Origin: Desulfovibrio piger
GTDB lineage: Bacteria; Bacillota; Clostridia; Lachnospirales; Lachnospiraceae
Assembly (NCBI GenBank): GCA_963590775.1
Contig: CAVAPS010000006.1
Location: 15,314-79,313 of the forward strand
Length of the DNA: 64,000 nt
Direction: 5' to 3'
Below the pieces are notes generated by a model, which was given only the letters and a program-made list of their open reading frames with translations, did not search any database and was not told the DNA's origin. The translations under genes and the position numbers were made by a program. This document shows, piece after piece, positions 20,164-29,505 of the stretch (position 1 is its first letter; each line of letters begins with the position of its first letter).

Positions 20164-21297
20164 TTATTTGACTTCCCAGCCCTCTGGTCTGATACCACAA
20201 TAATCAAGGCTGTATTCTCCACCAGTCATATATGGAACAATCCATATAACCTGTCCATACTTCTTCTCAAACTTCTCCATAGTCTGTTGCAGCTTCTTTC
20301 TTCTGCTTGCTGATATAACAACATATACACTGCTGTCACTGCTCTTTGCAGACACATTTTCTAAAAATGTTCTGTTAATAAGTTCTGCAAATTCTTCTTT
20401 TTCAAGCTTCAAATCCATTCTTGCAAGTACAGTATTAATACTTCCAAGATGTCCGGCTCCTGCTCCTTCTCTTATATTGGCTGCTTCTTTCGTATCAATA
20501 TCACATGCATTACTTATAAGAGAGACATTAATTCCCTGTCTTATGAATTCTTCCGCAACAGAAGCAGCCAGACTTATTGCCGCTTCATTAATTGAATCGT
20601 ATGTAAGCATTCCGTCATCTTCAAGATTCAGCAGAATACATACATTACGGCTGACTGACTCATTATATTCATTAACACACAGATTACCTGTTCTTGCTGT
20701 AGCCTTCCAGTTCACATTCTTTAAGCTGTCATTGCTTGTATAATCTCTTATTCCCCTGAACACAAATGGGTCTTCGATCATATATTTCTTACGCTCTGCT
20801 TCTCCTGATATTCTGCTTATTATAAAGCTGAATCTCCTGCTATCCACAGTCTTCGGGTAAACTGTTATCTCACAGTTATTATCCACTTTCAGCACATTAA
20901 TCTCATTCATAAATGGTCCGGCAAATGTAAGCTGTACCCCCGATATTCTGAACACACCTCTGTGATTGCATCTTACCGGTATTCTTCTTGTAATTCTCTG
21001 ATTAGCAAGAAATGAAAACACATCATTACGGTATGTAAGATCCGAAACACTTGAATTAGTGTCTGTTCCCGGAAATTCAAGTTCCCTGTCCGCCTGAAAC
21101 TTAAGATTCACGCATGGCAGTGGCAGACGCTTTTCGTTGGATATAACCTCAACAATATTAACTGTTTCACCATTCACAACATGCTTTTTCTCAAATTCAA
21201 GAGCTGCACCCAGTCCCTTATTCCAGTTATAACGAAATACGAGCTTAACTGCCAGATATACTATAAGTACACCAATAAGCATTAATAATACGTTCAT
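20164..21297 (-). CDS. DUF58 domain protein
   Basis: FRGIRDYTSNDSLKNVNWKATARTG motif; its ATG overlaps the moxR stop (TAATG). Confidence 0.9.
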   Translation of the reverse strand: MNVLLMLIGVLIVYLAVKLVFRYNWNKGLGAALEFEKKHVVNGETVNIVEVISNEKRLPLPCVNLKFQADRELEFPGTDTNSSVSDLTYRNDVFSFLANQRITRRIPVRCNHRGVFRISGVQLTFAGPFMNEINVLKVDNNCEITVYPKTVDSRRFSFIISRISGEAERKKYMIEDPFVFRGIRDYTSNDSLKNVNWKATARTGNLCVNEYNESVSRNVCILLNLEDDGMLTYDSINEAAISLAASVAEEFIRQGINVSLISNACDIDTKEAANIREGAGAGHLGSINTVLARMDLKLEKEEFAELINRTFLENVSAKSSDSSVYVVISASRRKKLQQTMEKFEKKYGQVIWIVPYMTGGEYSLDYCGIRPEGWEVK

Positions 21298-22232
21298 TAT
21301 CTCTTCCAATCTTCAGTAGGAACTGCTGTGTTATTAACAACATGTTCTATAATCTGTTCCTTATTATCCATATTCATATAGCCTGTCTGTAACACAAGTC
21401 TGTGTGCCCATACTACAGGTGCAAGTGTCTTGATATCTTCCGGTACAACATAATCCCTGCCTGCAACATATGCATATGCTCTTGCTGCATTGAGCATACC
21501 AAGAGTTCCTCTAGGACTTACACCAATTGATACATTATCTTCCTGTCTTGTCATTCTTGCCAGTTCAACAATATAATCAATAAGTACAGGATGCACATAT
21601 ACATTCTTTGCTTCTTCCTTCATTGCAGCAATATCTACACATGTTGCAACTGTTGAAAGCTCTTTTGATGGATCTTCTTTTAAGAATCTGTTAAGAATAA
21701 GAACCTCATCATCTTTCTCCGGATATCCCATATTAATCTTCATAAGAAATCGGTCAAGCTGTGCCTCAGGAAGCTGATAAGTTCCTGCTGTCTCTATAGG
21801 ATTCTGTGTTGCAATTACTATAAATGGTTCTTCTAACTTAGAATATTCACCATCTACAGTAACCTGATGTTCCTCCATACACTCAAGCAGTGCTGACTGC
21901 GTTCTTGGAGTTGCCCTGTTAATCTCATCTGCAAGAATAACATTGGCGAATACAGGACCTCTTCTAAATACGAACTCTCCCTCTTTCTGGTTAAACACAT
22001 GCACACCTGTAATATCTGAAGGAAGCAGATCTGGTGTAAACTGAATTCTTGAGAATTCACCATCAATGCTCTTCGCAAATGCTTTCGCCATCATAGTCTT
22101 ACCAGTTCCCGGAACATCCTCAAGAAGAACATGTCCACCTGCAATAATACTTGTCAGAATCAGTTCCGAAACATTTCTCTTACCCACAATCACCTTACTT
22201 ACATTATCCAATATATCTGAAGCCTTACTCAT
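21297..22232 (-). CDS. MoxR-family AAA+ ATPase
   Basis: LLEDVPGTGKT, RIQFTPDLLPSDITG, LADEINRATPRTQSALLE, ATQNPIE; start ATG 22232 after GAGGAGG. Confidence 0.95.
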   Translation of the reverse strand: MSKASDILDNVSKVIVGKRNVSELILTSIIAGGHVLLEDVPGTGKTMMAKAFAKSIDGEFSRIQFTPDLLPSDITGVHVFNQKEGEFVFRRGPVFANVILADEINRATPRTQSALLECMEEHQVTVDGEYSKLEEPFIVIATQNPIETAGTYQLPEAQLDRFLMKINMGYPEKDDEVLILNRFLKEDPSKELSTVATCVDIAAMKEEAKNVYVHPVLIDYIVELARMTRQEDNVSIGVSPRGTLGMLNAARAYAYVAGRDYVVPEDIKTLAPVVWAHRLVLQTGYMNMDNKEQIIEHVVNNTAVPTEDWKR

Positions 22233-22346
22233 AATACCTCCTCGTAACACGAAACTTAAACTCAGATAATTATAACAAAAACACTGCCAGAACAGCAAGT
22301 GTCTGACAGTGCGAATAGGTTAAATAATTATGAACTTTTGATGAAA

Positions 22347-22802
22347 TTAATTATCTGAAGGCATTTCCTGATTAACATCAATGCCTCTTGGTGCAACAGG
22401 TGTAGAGAACACAATCTGTGTACTTGTTCTTCCGAACTTCTGAAGCTGTCCGATAAATGTATCAAGTTCCATAGTACTTGGGAACATAACCTTTAAAAGC
22501 ATTGAATAATTGCCTGTTACACAATTACATTCAACAACATTAGGGCATGACTTGATAAATGGGTAGAAATCCGGCTTCTGCACAGGAGCTACCTCAAGAT
22601 TAATAAATGCTGTGATATGATATCCAAGCTTTAACTGATTAATCTTAACTTCATAACCTTCAATAATCTCTTCCTTCTCAAGTCTCTCAATTCTTGCTGA
22701 AACCGCGGGTGATGAGAGGAAAACATTCTCCGCAAGTGCCTTTAATGGCATTCTTGCATTCTGCTGTAATAATGTAATTATCTTCTTATCGATTTTATCC
22801 AT
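22347..22802 (-). CDS. Lrp/AsnC-family transcriptional regulator
   Basis: MDKIDKKIITLLQQNAR..LSSPAVSARIERLE HTH and ECNCVTGNYS RAM domain; start 22802 after GGAGG. Confidence 0.93.
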   Translation of the reverse strand: MDKIDKKIITLLQQNARMPLKALAENVFLSSPAVSARIERLEKEEIIEGYEVKINQLKLGYHITAFINLEVAPVQKPDFYPFIKSCPNVVECNCVTGNYSMLLKVMFPSTMELDTFIGQLQKFGRTSTQIVFSTPVAPRGIDVNQEMPSDN

Positions 22803-23041
22803 GGCGTGAACCTCCAGATTATAATATTCATTGTTTAATGCTATTAATTTAACCAAAAAGGAGACAATCCTAGCGTTGCTGCTAAAATCGTCCCCTTTGA
22901 CTTAAATTATTAACTTATGCATAATATACACCTTACATAATAAAATAGCAAGTGTTTTTTCTTTATTTTCATTGCTTTTATACATAATTTTTGTTAGAGT
23001 AGAGAAAATACTAAAGCCATTACTGGCAGAACGGAGACATT

Positions 23042-23353
23042 ATGGAGAATAATAATCAGGAATATAACACAGTAACTCTTATGCTTGATGATAACACAGA
23101 ATGTGAATGTGCAATAATACGCATATTCCCTGCTGGAGACAACGACTATATTGCACTTCTTCCTCTTGAAGGAGAAGCTGCAGACAACGATGAGGTATAT
23201 CTTTACAGATACAAGGTTGAAGGTGACAACGAACCTGTACTTGAGAATATCGAATCTGATGATGAATACGAGCTTGTATCTGAAGCATTCGATGAAGAAT
23301 TAGATGCTATGGAGTATGAAGATCTGTACGAAGAAGAGGATAACGAGCAGTAA
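23042..23353 (+). CDS. DUF1292 domain acidic protein
   Basis: VTLMLDD..YIALLP..VYLYRY..LENIESDDEYELVSEAF pattern. Confidence 0.85.
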   Translation: MENNNQEYNTVTLMLDDNTECECAIIRIFPAGDNDYIALLPLEGEAADNDEVYLYRYKVEGDNEPVLENIESDDEYELVSEAFDEELDAMEYEDLYEEEDNEQ

Positions 23354-25172
23354 GAATCTCTTCTATAAAGCGTGAACGGGTTGTATCTTTGTTGTACCTC
23401 TGCTTGGGGTACAGAAGATACAACTTTTCTTTTGCCCTTGTCATCGCAACATAAAAAAGTCTTCTCTCCTCTTCTATCTGCTCATCAAGAACCGCCTTAT
23501 TATACGGTATTATCCCCTCGCATACATCCAACACCAGTACAATCTTATATTCAAGTCCCTTAGAACTGTGCATTGTAAGCATATGCACACCTTCTACTGC
23601 ATTGTTCTTTCTATCCGTATCACACTGCCTCATATATTCTTCAATACCATTAAGCCACTGTGACAGGCTCATATACTGCGAAGCCCTGTGTGCCAGTTCA
23701 TCAAGTACATTATATAGTTCTTCCTTATCAGCCTTATGTTCATATATATAATTCCTTATATACTCATCATATCCAATTCCCTTTCTTATATAATTAACAG
23801 CTGCAAATGGAGACATATTTCTTATCATATTAATATCAGACGCCAGCTTTTCTACCTGTTCACTCATCTGTTCATCTCCCTCATAGCCTCTCTTCAATGC
23901 ATTAATATCTGCCGGCTGTGTAATATATGAACGTGTTATATATCGAAGCGGTTTATTAATAATCCGCAGAAAATCCATTCTTTCCCTGCTGCCAAGCGCA
24001 ATTCTTATATATGTCAGGATATCCTTGCTTATCCAATGCTCATATACATCCTGAATTGCAGAATCATCACAGCATGATATGCCTTCACTCTTAAGCCTTG
24101 ACATATACATATTGCCAATCACATTAGTTCTTGAAAGAACCGCAATATCATCGGCAGCTGTTCCACTGTCAAGAAGTTTTCTTATCTCTGATACAAGAAA
24201 TGCTTTCTCATCATTCAGACTGTTAAATTCATATACTGACACAGAATCTCCCTGTGCATTATGCGTCGTTATATCTTTATAATAACGATGTTCATTCTCC
24301 TCTGCTACAGCCCTTGATGCAAGCACAACATTGCCCGTCGACCTGTAATTAATGCACATGTCAATTCTTACCGCATCACTGTAATACTTATTGAAATCCA
24401 GCATTATCTGTGGAGCAGAACCCCTGAATCCATATATACTCTGGTCATCATCCCCAACCACGAAAAGATTCCTGTATCCATCGGCAAGAATCCTCACAAC
24501 ATCAAACTGTGCCTTATTAATATCCTGAAATTCATCTATCAGAATATACTTGTACTTATTCTGCCATGCCCTCCTGTAATCTTCCCTCTGCTTAAGAAGC
24601 TCCCGGCACAGTACTATCATGTCATCAAAATCAATCAGATGCTTTCTTACAAGCATATCATCATATGCCCTATATATTATCCTGAAACTCTGTGGCGGAA
24701 TACACCTGCTCTCATACTCTTCAATATTGACAGCCTCACCTTTAATACGGCTTATCTCAGATAACACACCGGACACAGCCTCATTCTCATCATCATACTC
24801 AAGCTCAAGCCTGCACATCTGGTCTTTCACGAATTCATGCTGTACCTGCGGCTTAATAATGCAGCGTGCAGAATAATTATATGCAGTCTTAAGTATCGTA
24901 AAGAATACTGCATGAAATGTGCCAAATGTTACTGCTGAACTTCTGCCCTCTGACAGCCCCTTAAACTTAAACTTCATCTGTTCAGCAGCAGCCCTTGTAA
25001 ATGTAATAACAAGAATATCAGCCGGCTTGACCCCACACCTGTCAATAAGATATCTTACCCTGTGAGTAAGAACAGTCGTCTTTCCCGACCCCGGTCCCGC
25101 AATTACCATACACGGTCCTGTATTATGTTGTATAGCCTGAATCTGTGCTTCATTAAACTGCAAAAGCGGCAC
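23307..25172 (-). CDS. UvrD/PcrA-like ATP-dependent DNA helicase
   Basis: AGPGSGKT, ITFTRAAA, DEFQD, GDDDQSIYGFRG, NYRST, TMHSSKGLE, EERRLFYVAMTRA. Confidence 0.95.
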   Translation of the reverse strand: MPLLQFNEAQIQAIQHNTGPCMVIAGPGSGKTTVLTHRVRYLIDRCGVKPADILVITFTRAAAEQMKFKFKGLSEGRSSAVTFGTFHAVFFTILKTAYNYSARCIIKPQVQHEFVKDQMCRLELEYDDENEAVSGVLSEISRIKGEAVNIEEYESRCIPPQSFRIIYRAYDDMLVRKHLIDFDDMIVLCRELLKQREDYRRAWQNKYKYILIDEFQDINKAQFDVVRILADGYRNLFVVGDDDQSIYGFRGSAPQIMLDFNKYYSDAVRIDMCINYRSTGNVVLASRAVAEENEHRYYKDITTHNAQGDSVSVYEFNSLNDEKAFLVSEIRKLLDSGTAADDIAVLSRTNVIGNMYMSRLKSEGISCCDDSAIQDVYEHWISKDILTYIRIALGSRERMDFLRIINKPLRYITRSYITQPADINALKRGYEGDEQMSEQVEKLASDINMIRNMSPFAAVNYIRKGIGYDEYIRNYIYEHKADKEELYNVLDELAHRASQYMSLSQWLNGIEEYMRQCDTDRKNNAVEGVHMLTMHSSKGLEYKIVLVLDVCEGIIPYNKAVLDEQIEEERRLFYVAMTRAKEKLYLLYPKQRYNKDTTRSRFIEEILTARYPLLRTDLHTP

Positions 25173-25265
25173 CCCTTATAATAATCTTACGCAAACAAAT
25201 GTATACTAAAATTATATAAGCGTGCCGCTAATGTGTCAACTTAATAATATATATTTTATATTTTA

Positions 25266-25766
25266 TTAATAACTTGTTATATTATCATCAGAATCATCAG
25301 TATTAGATATATTCTTGATAACAACATAATATTCAACCTGTGGATTAACCTGTACAAGAACCCTGTCACCCTTCTTATGTCCAAGAAGTGCCTTGCCAAG
25401 AGGCGATTCTATACTAATCATTCCACTCAATGAATCAGCCCTGATTGTCGTAACAATCTTGATAGTCTCAGTGCTTTCATCATCCTCATAGAACACTTCT
25501 ACAGTATTATTAACGCCAACCTCATCATCTGCTGATGAATCATCAATAACTGTTGCATTCTTAATAGTTCTCTGCAGATATCTTATTCTGCTTTCATTCT
25601 TATTCTTAAACCTTTTCGCTGCATGATACTCGAAATTCTCACTTAAATCTCCCTGAGCCCTTGTCTCCTTGACATCATCAAGTGCAGCCTTCCTTACCTC
25701 ATGTATCCTGTACTCAATCTCTTCTTCCATCTTCTTGATATCATTCTTAGTAAGTTCGTGTCCCAT
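25266..25766 (-). CDS. greA: Transcription elongation factor GreA/GreB family
   Basis: GDLSENFEYHAAK and ISIESPLGKALLG motifs. Confidence 0.88.
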   Translation of the reverse strand: MGHELTKNDIKKMEEEIEYRIHEVRKAALDDVKETRAQGDLSENFEYHAAKRFKNKNESRIRYLQRTIKNATVIDDSSADDEVGVNNTVEVFYEDDESTETIKIVTTIRADSLSGMISIESPLGKALLGHKKGDRVLVQVNPQVEYYVVIKNISNTDDSDDNITSY

Positions 25767-25785
25767 ATCTATCCTTCTTTCTTAC

Positions 25786-26667
25786 CTAATTAATAATAAC
25801 TGCCTGACTTAACATGTCCTCATATCTTCTATAAAATGTATCAGCGTCCCTTCTCACTTTTCCGGCAATAGAATCTGCTATCTCAAATGTATTATCTTCC
25901 TCATTATATCCACACAGAACAACGCAGTGTTCATTGGCATACCATGTAAACTCATATCCGTCCAGATTATATTTTTTTGTATATGTCGGACTCATATTTT
26001 CTGTATTCCATATTATAACAGGTTTATTATCGTGAAGATAGCCAATCAGCTGTTCCTTTGTGCTTTCACTTACATTAACAGCCCTGTATTCATAATTATT
26101 ATCAGTAAAAAAATCATTTGCTGTCCTTACAATTACAGGTGCAAAGCAGCCAAATGAACCGTTATCATATACGTTGCCAACAAAAGATTCAAACATGTCA
26201 TATGTAGATGAATCAAGGTAATTGTCTGCAAGATATTTATTAGTAACATTTATTCCAATATAATTAAGAACCATTGTAAGAGCTGTAACCTCACAGCCCG
26301 ATGGCATATCAGGGTACTGATATATAACATTTACAGCTAAAGATACCTTGTCTTTGCTGCTTTCTTCTGCCTGTTCCTTAATATTCACTGCTGCTGAAGT
26401 CTCTTCCTTTATATCCGTTGTGTCAGATATCTCTTCACTTAATACTTCATCTGTGCCAGTTGTTTCTTCGCTTAATGTATCATCTGTACGAGATGTTTCT
26501 TCTCCTGATACTTCATTCATTCTAGAGGTTTCTTTCTGACTTTCATATATCATCTCAGATTTATTAAAATGTGTTCTGTATTGTGCAAATAAAAATCCCG
26601 AAATCACTAATAAAACGATTAACATCAGTGCTGCCGGCCAAAGTATCTTTTTCTTCATTATCTTCAT
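25786..26667 (-). CDS. Membrane-anchored C39-like cysteine peptidase
   Basis: TM anchor, acidic linker, QYPDMPSGCEVTAL (Q/C), EHCVVLCGY (H), IADS (D). Confidence 0.85.
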   Translation of the reverse strand: MKIMKKKILWPAALMLIVLLVISGFLFAQYRTHFNKSEMIYESQKETSRMNEVSGEETSRTDDTLSEETTGTDEVLSEEISDTTDIKEETSAAVNIKEQAEESSKDKVSLAVNVIYQYPDMPSGCEVTALTMVLNYIGINVTNKYLADNYLDSSTYDMFESFVGNVYDNGSFGCFAPVIVRTANDFFTDNNYEYRAVNVSESTKEQLIGYLHDNKPVIIWNTENMSPTYTKKYNLDGYEFTWYANEHCVVLCGYNEEDNTFEIADSIAGKVRRDADTFYRRYEDMLSQAVIIN

Positions 26668-26744
26668 ATATCCTCCGTTTATTTTGCACTTTATTATTTT
26701 GTACTTTATTATTTTGCCATTTTAAGATACATTTTGCAATCATG

Positions 26745-26984
26745 ACCACCAGCTCAGCTGGTGGTTTGCTCTGCGGCTATAAGCCTGTGGTACTAGCCGG
26801 CTCTAAAGAGCCATTGAAGATTCGCCATGCGCATAGCTACCACAGGCAAGCCCTAAAGGGCTTTAACTTATGCCTTATTTACCGGCTCACCCGTAAACGG
26901 GTCGATGTATTCCTTCAGTGACATCTGATCATATTCCAGATCTTCCTGCATCTGATTTTTTACATACTCTTCAATTTTCTTTGC
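26745..26984 (-). mobile_element. tnpA: IS200/IS605-family remnant: tnpA 3' end plus structured right end
   Basis: 26984-26868 translates to AKKIEEYVKNQMQEDLEYDQMSLKEYIDPFTGEPVNKA*, carrying the Y1 YxxxQ motif. Perfect hairpin ACCACCAGCT-C-AGCTGGTGGT at 26745-26765. Confidence 0.85.
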
Positions 26985-27303
26985 ATGGAGTTCTTCCATA
27001 CTCTACAAGCTTCTCGACAGTAATATCAGCCGGTGCTGTGTTGTACTGGTGGACTATTGCTACATTTTTCGCATAATCCCTTAATTTCATTGATTCAATA
27101 TCAGTTCCGGCAAGTTCTATGCTTCCAGCCTGTGGCTTAAGATTCTTGGTACACAGATTAAAAAGTGTTGATTTGCCGCAGCCGTTAGCACCTATAAGTG
27201 TAGTTACTTTGCCCTTTGCAAATGTAAGATTCAGGCCGTCAAGAACCTTTTGCTTATCATATGCAAATGACAGATTGTTGATTTCAAATACATTATCAGC
27301 CAT
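26971..27303 (-). pseudogene. Truncated iron/heme ABC transporter ATPase (FepC-like)
   Basis: Walker A GANGCGKST and Q-loop are present. The ORF ends after YGRTP with no signature or Walker B and is joined to the tnpA remnant. Confidence 0.9.
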
Positions 27304-28282
27304 AATTCTTCTTAGACCTCCTTAACAGAATGATAAAGAATGGTCCGCCAATTACTGACATAATGACTGACGCACTTATCTCATAAGGTGCTGCTATTGT
27401 TCTTCCGAGCGTATCTGCACATAACAGCATAAATGCACCAAGTACTATTGAATATGGTACAAGGACTTTATGATTGCTGCCTACAAGCAGTCTTGCAATA
27501 TGAGGAACTATAAGTCCAAGAAAGCTTATAGGTCCTATAACTGCTGTTGATATTGATGCAAGAAGTACTGCTATTACAGACACAATAATTCTGGTTCTTG
27601 TCACATTTACACCAATAGAACGTGCTGTCTTGTCCTCAAGTGCAAGAAGATTGCACTGTCCAAGGACGAACAGGCTTGCCACAAGTCCGATTACTGTGTA
27701 TACAAGAAGTATTCTCACATCACTCCATGTCTTCATTGTAATGTTAGCATTGACTATACTTGCAACGCCTGAATAATTGCTGCCTGTGCTGCTGTTGAAT
27801 GCGCTCATAAGCCCTGTAAACATCGCATTAACTGCAACTCCGACAAGAATTATCCTGAGTGGCGACAGACCGCCTTTCCATGACAATCCATACACAAGTA
27901 AGAACGCTGCCATTCCGCCGATAAATGCAAGTATTGGCGTATAGAAATATAATGCCGGAACAAATGCTGTTATAAGAACAGCGACAAAGCTTGCTCCTGA
28001 ACTGACTCCGATTATTCCGGGGTCTGCAAGAGGATTCTTCATCACCGCCTGCAAAAGCACGCCTGAAACTGCAGTTGCCGCGCCACCCAGCATAGCAACT
28101 ATTATTCTTGGAAAACGCAGGTCGTAAACAGTCGCAACCTGCGGATCATATGCAATAAAAAGCCCTTTAAACAATTGAACAGGTGTAACCTTAAGACTTC
28201 CCGTATTCACTGCGTACAGGAATACTACAAGAAGTGCCGCAAGAGTCACAATCCATGCAATAATGCCTTTTCCCTTCTTCAT
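27296..28282 (-). CDS. FecCD-family iron/heme ABC permease (IsdF-like)
   Basis: LRFPR, LQAVMKNPLADPGIIGVSSGA, GPISFLGLIVPHIAR, GGPFF. Confidence 0.92.
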   Translation of the reverse strand: MKKGKGIIAWIVTLAALLVVFLYAVNTGSLKVTPVQLFKGLFIAYDPQVATVYDLRFPRIIVAMLGGAATAVSGVLLQAVMKNPLADPGIIGVSSGASFVAVLITAFVPALYFYTPILAFIGGMAAFLLVYGLSWKGGLSPLRIILVGVAVNAMFTGLMSAFNSSTGSNYSGVASIVNANITMKTWSDVRILLVYTVIGLVASLFVLGQCNLLALEDKTARSIGVNVTRTRIIVSVIAVLLASISTAVIGPISFLGLIVPHIARLLVGSNHKVLVPYSIVLGAFMLLCADTLGRTIAAPYEISASVIMSVIGGPFFIILLRRSKKNYG

Positions 28283-28293
28283 ATCTTTCTCCT

Positions 28294-28725
28294 TTAATCA
28301 GCATACAGTAATGGCTGTAATTCCTCTAATGCCTCCGGATAGTTGAACTTTGCACTCATTCCGAACTTATCATAAGACAGGTCATATACCCTGCCCTCCT
28401 GTACTGCCTTAAAATGCTTCCATATATCATTCTGTGAAAATTCATCTGCAAACATTTTCTTAACATCATCTGGAAGTGCATGTGCTGCACGGAGTATTAT
28501 GTCAGGCTCTTTAGTCTTCATATCTTCTGTGTTAGCATTCAGGAATTCCTGACCATCTCCATCACCATATACATTAATTCCACCTGCAAGCTTAACAAGA
28601 CTTCCTACATAGCTGCTTTCAGTTGCAACAATATAAGAACCCGGAAGTCCCATAAGCACAAGAACTCTCGGACTTTCTTTGCCTTCATTCTTTTTCTTGT
28701 AATCTTCTATAAATGTGTTGTATAA
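28294..28725 (-). pseudogene. isdE: C-terminal half of an IsdE-like heme-binding lipoprotein
   Basis: PRVLVLMGLPGSYIVATESSYVGSLVKLAGG..PDIILRAAH..VKKMF..NDIWKHFKAV closely follows the IsdE C-lobe; lipoprotein signal and N-lobe are absent. Confidence 0.82.
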
Positions 28726-29392
28726 ATGCATTATTATAATTATATTTTACTGTCTGCACTTTGCCCTGCATAAGCATTCCGCTTTTTCTTGAATTGGCAC
28801 TCATAGTTAATGCCCTCATATGAATCATGCCGACTCCATCTCGCACTACAAGTTCACACGGATGCTCGAATCCTGCATTAGCCATTGACATTGATATATT
28901 GCTGTTCTGATTCTTACCTATCTGCTCTTTATATATAATAAATGGAAATCTGTATGTACCATCATTCATTTTCTTACAAAGTTCTTTACCACTAAAGCTC
29001 TTCTTATCGCGAAGTTCATATTTAACTCTGTATTTTTCCTCAGCATTTGCAATTACAGCCATTGTTTCATCAGTGTTATTCAATGCCCAGTGGTATGCAT
29101 CATTTCGGGCATTTTCCATACTAACCCCCTCATATAGAAGATGATTCAGCGTTAGTTCCATTCTTTTTGAATACTTTTCAGCTTCTTCTATCCCCTTAGA
29201 TGTCAGTACTGGTTTACGCGGTGTTTCCCTCTCTATAAGTCCTTCTTTTTCAAGCCCGCTTATAACACGGCTGATAACATAGTGTTCTTCCCCAAGCATT
29301 CTTGATATGTTCATTACAGTGCGGCTTTCTTCATCCATCTGATAGAAAGCAAGCAAAACCCGAAGTCTCATTATTTCAGTTGAATCAGACAT
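28685..29392 (-). pseudogene. Winged-helix (MarR/DtxR-like) regulator, probably C-terminally truncated
   Basis: wHTH-like TVMNISRMLGEEHYVISRVISGLEKEGLI..PVLTSKG; AAGGAGG RBS; its last codons read out of frame through isdE sequence. Confidence 0.62.
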
Positions 29393-29505
29393 ACAATCCT
29401 CCTTAGCAAAAAATAAGCATGTTGTTAGAAACTGCTAACCACATGCTTAAAAAGATATTCTAATTCACTTGTAATTTCAACTATAATCTTGCACTATAAC
29501 TGATA

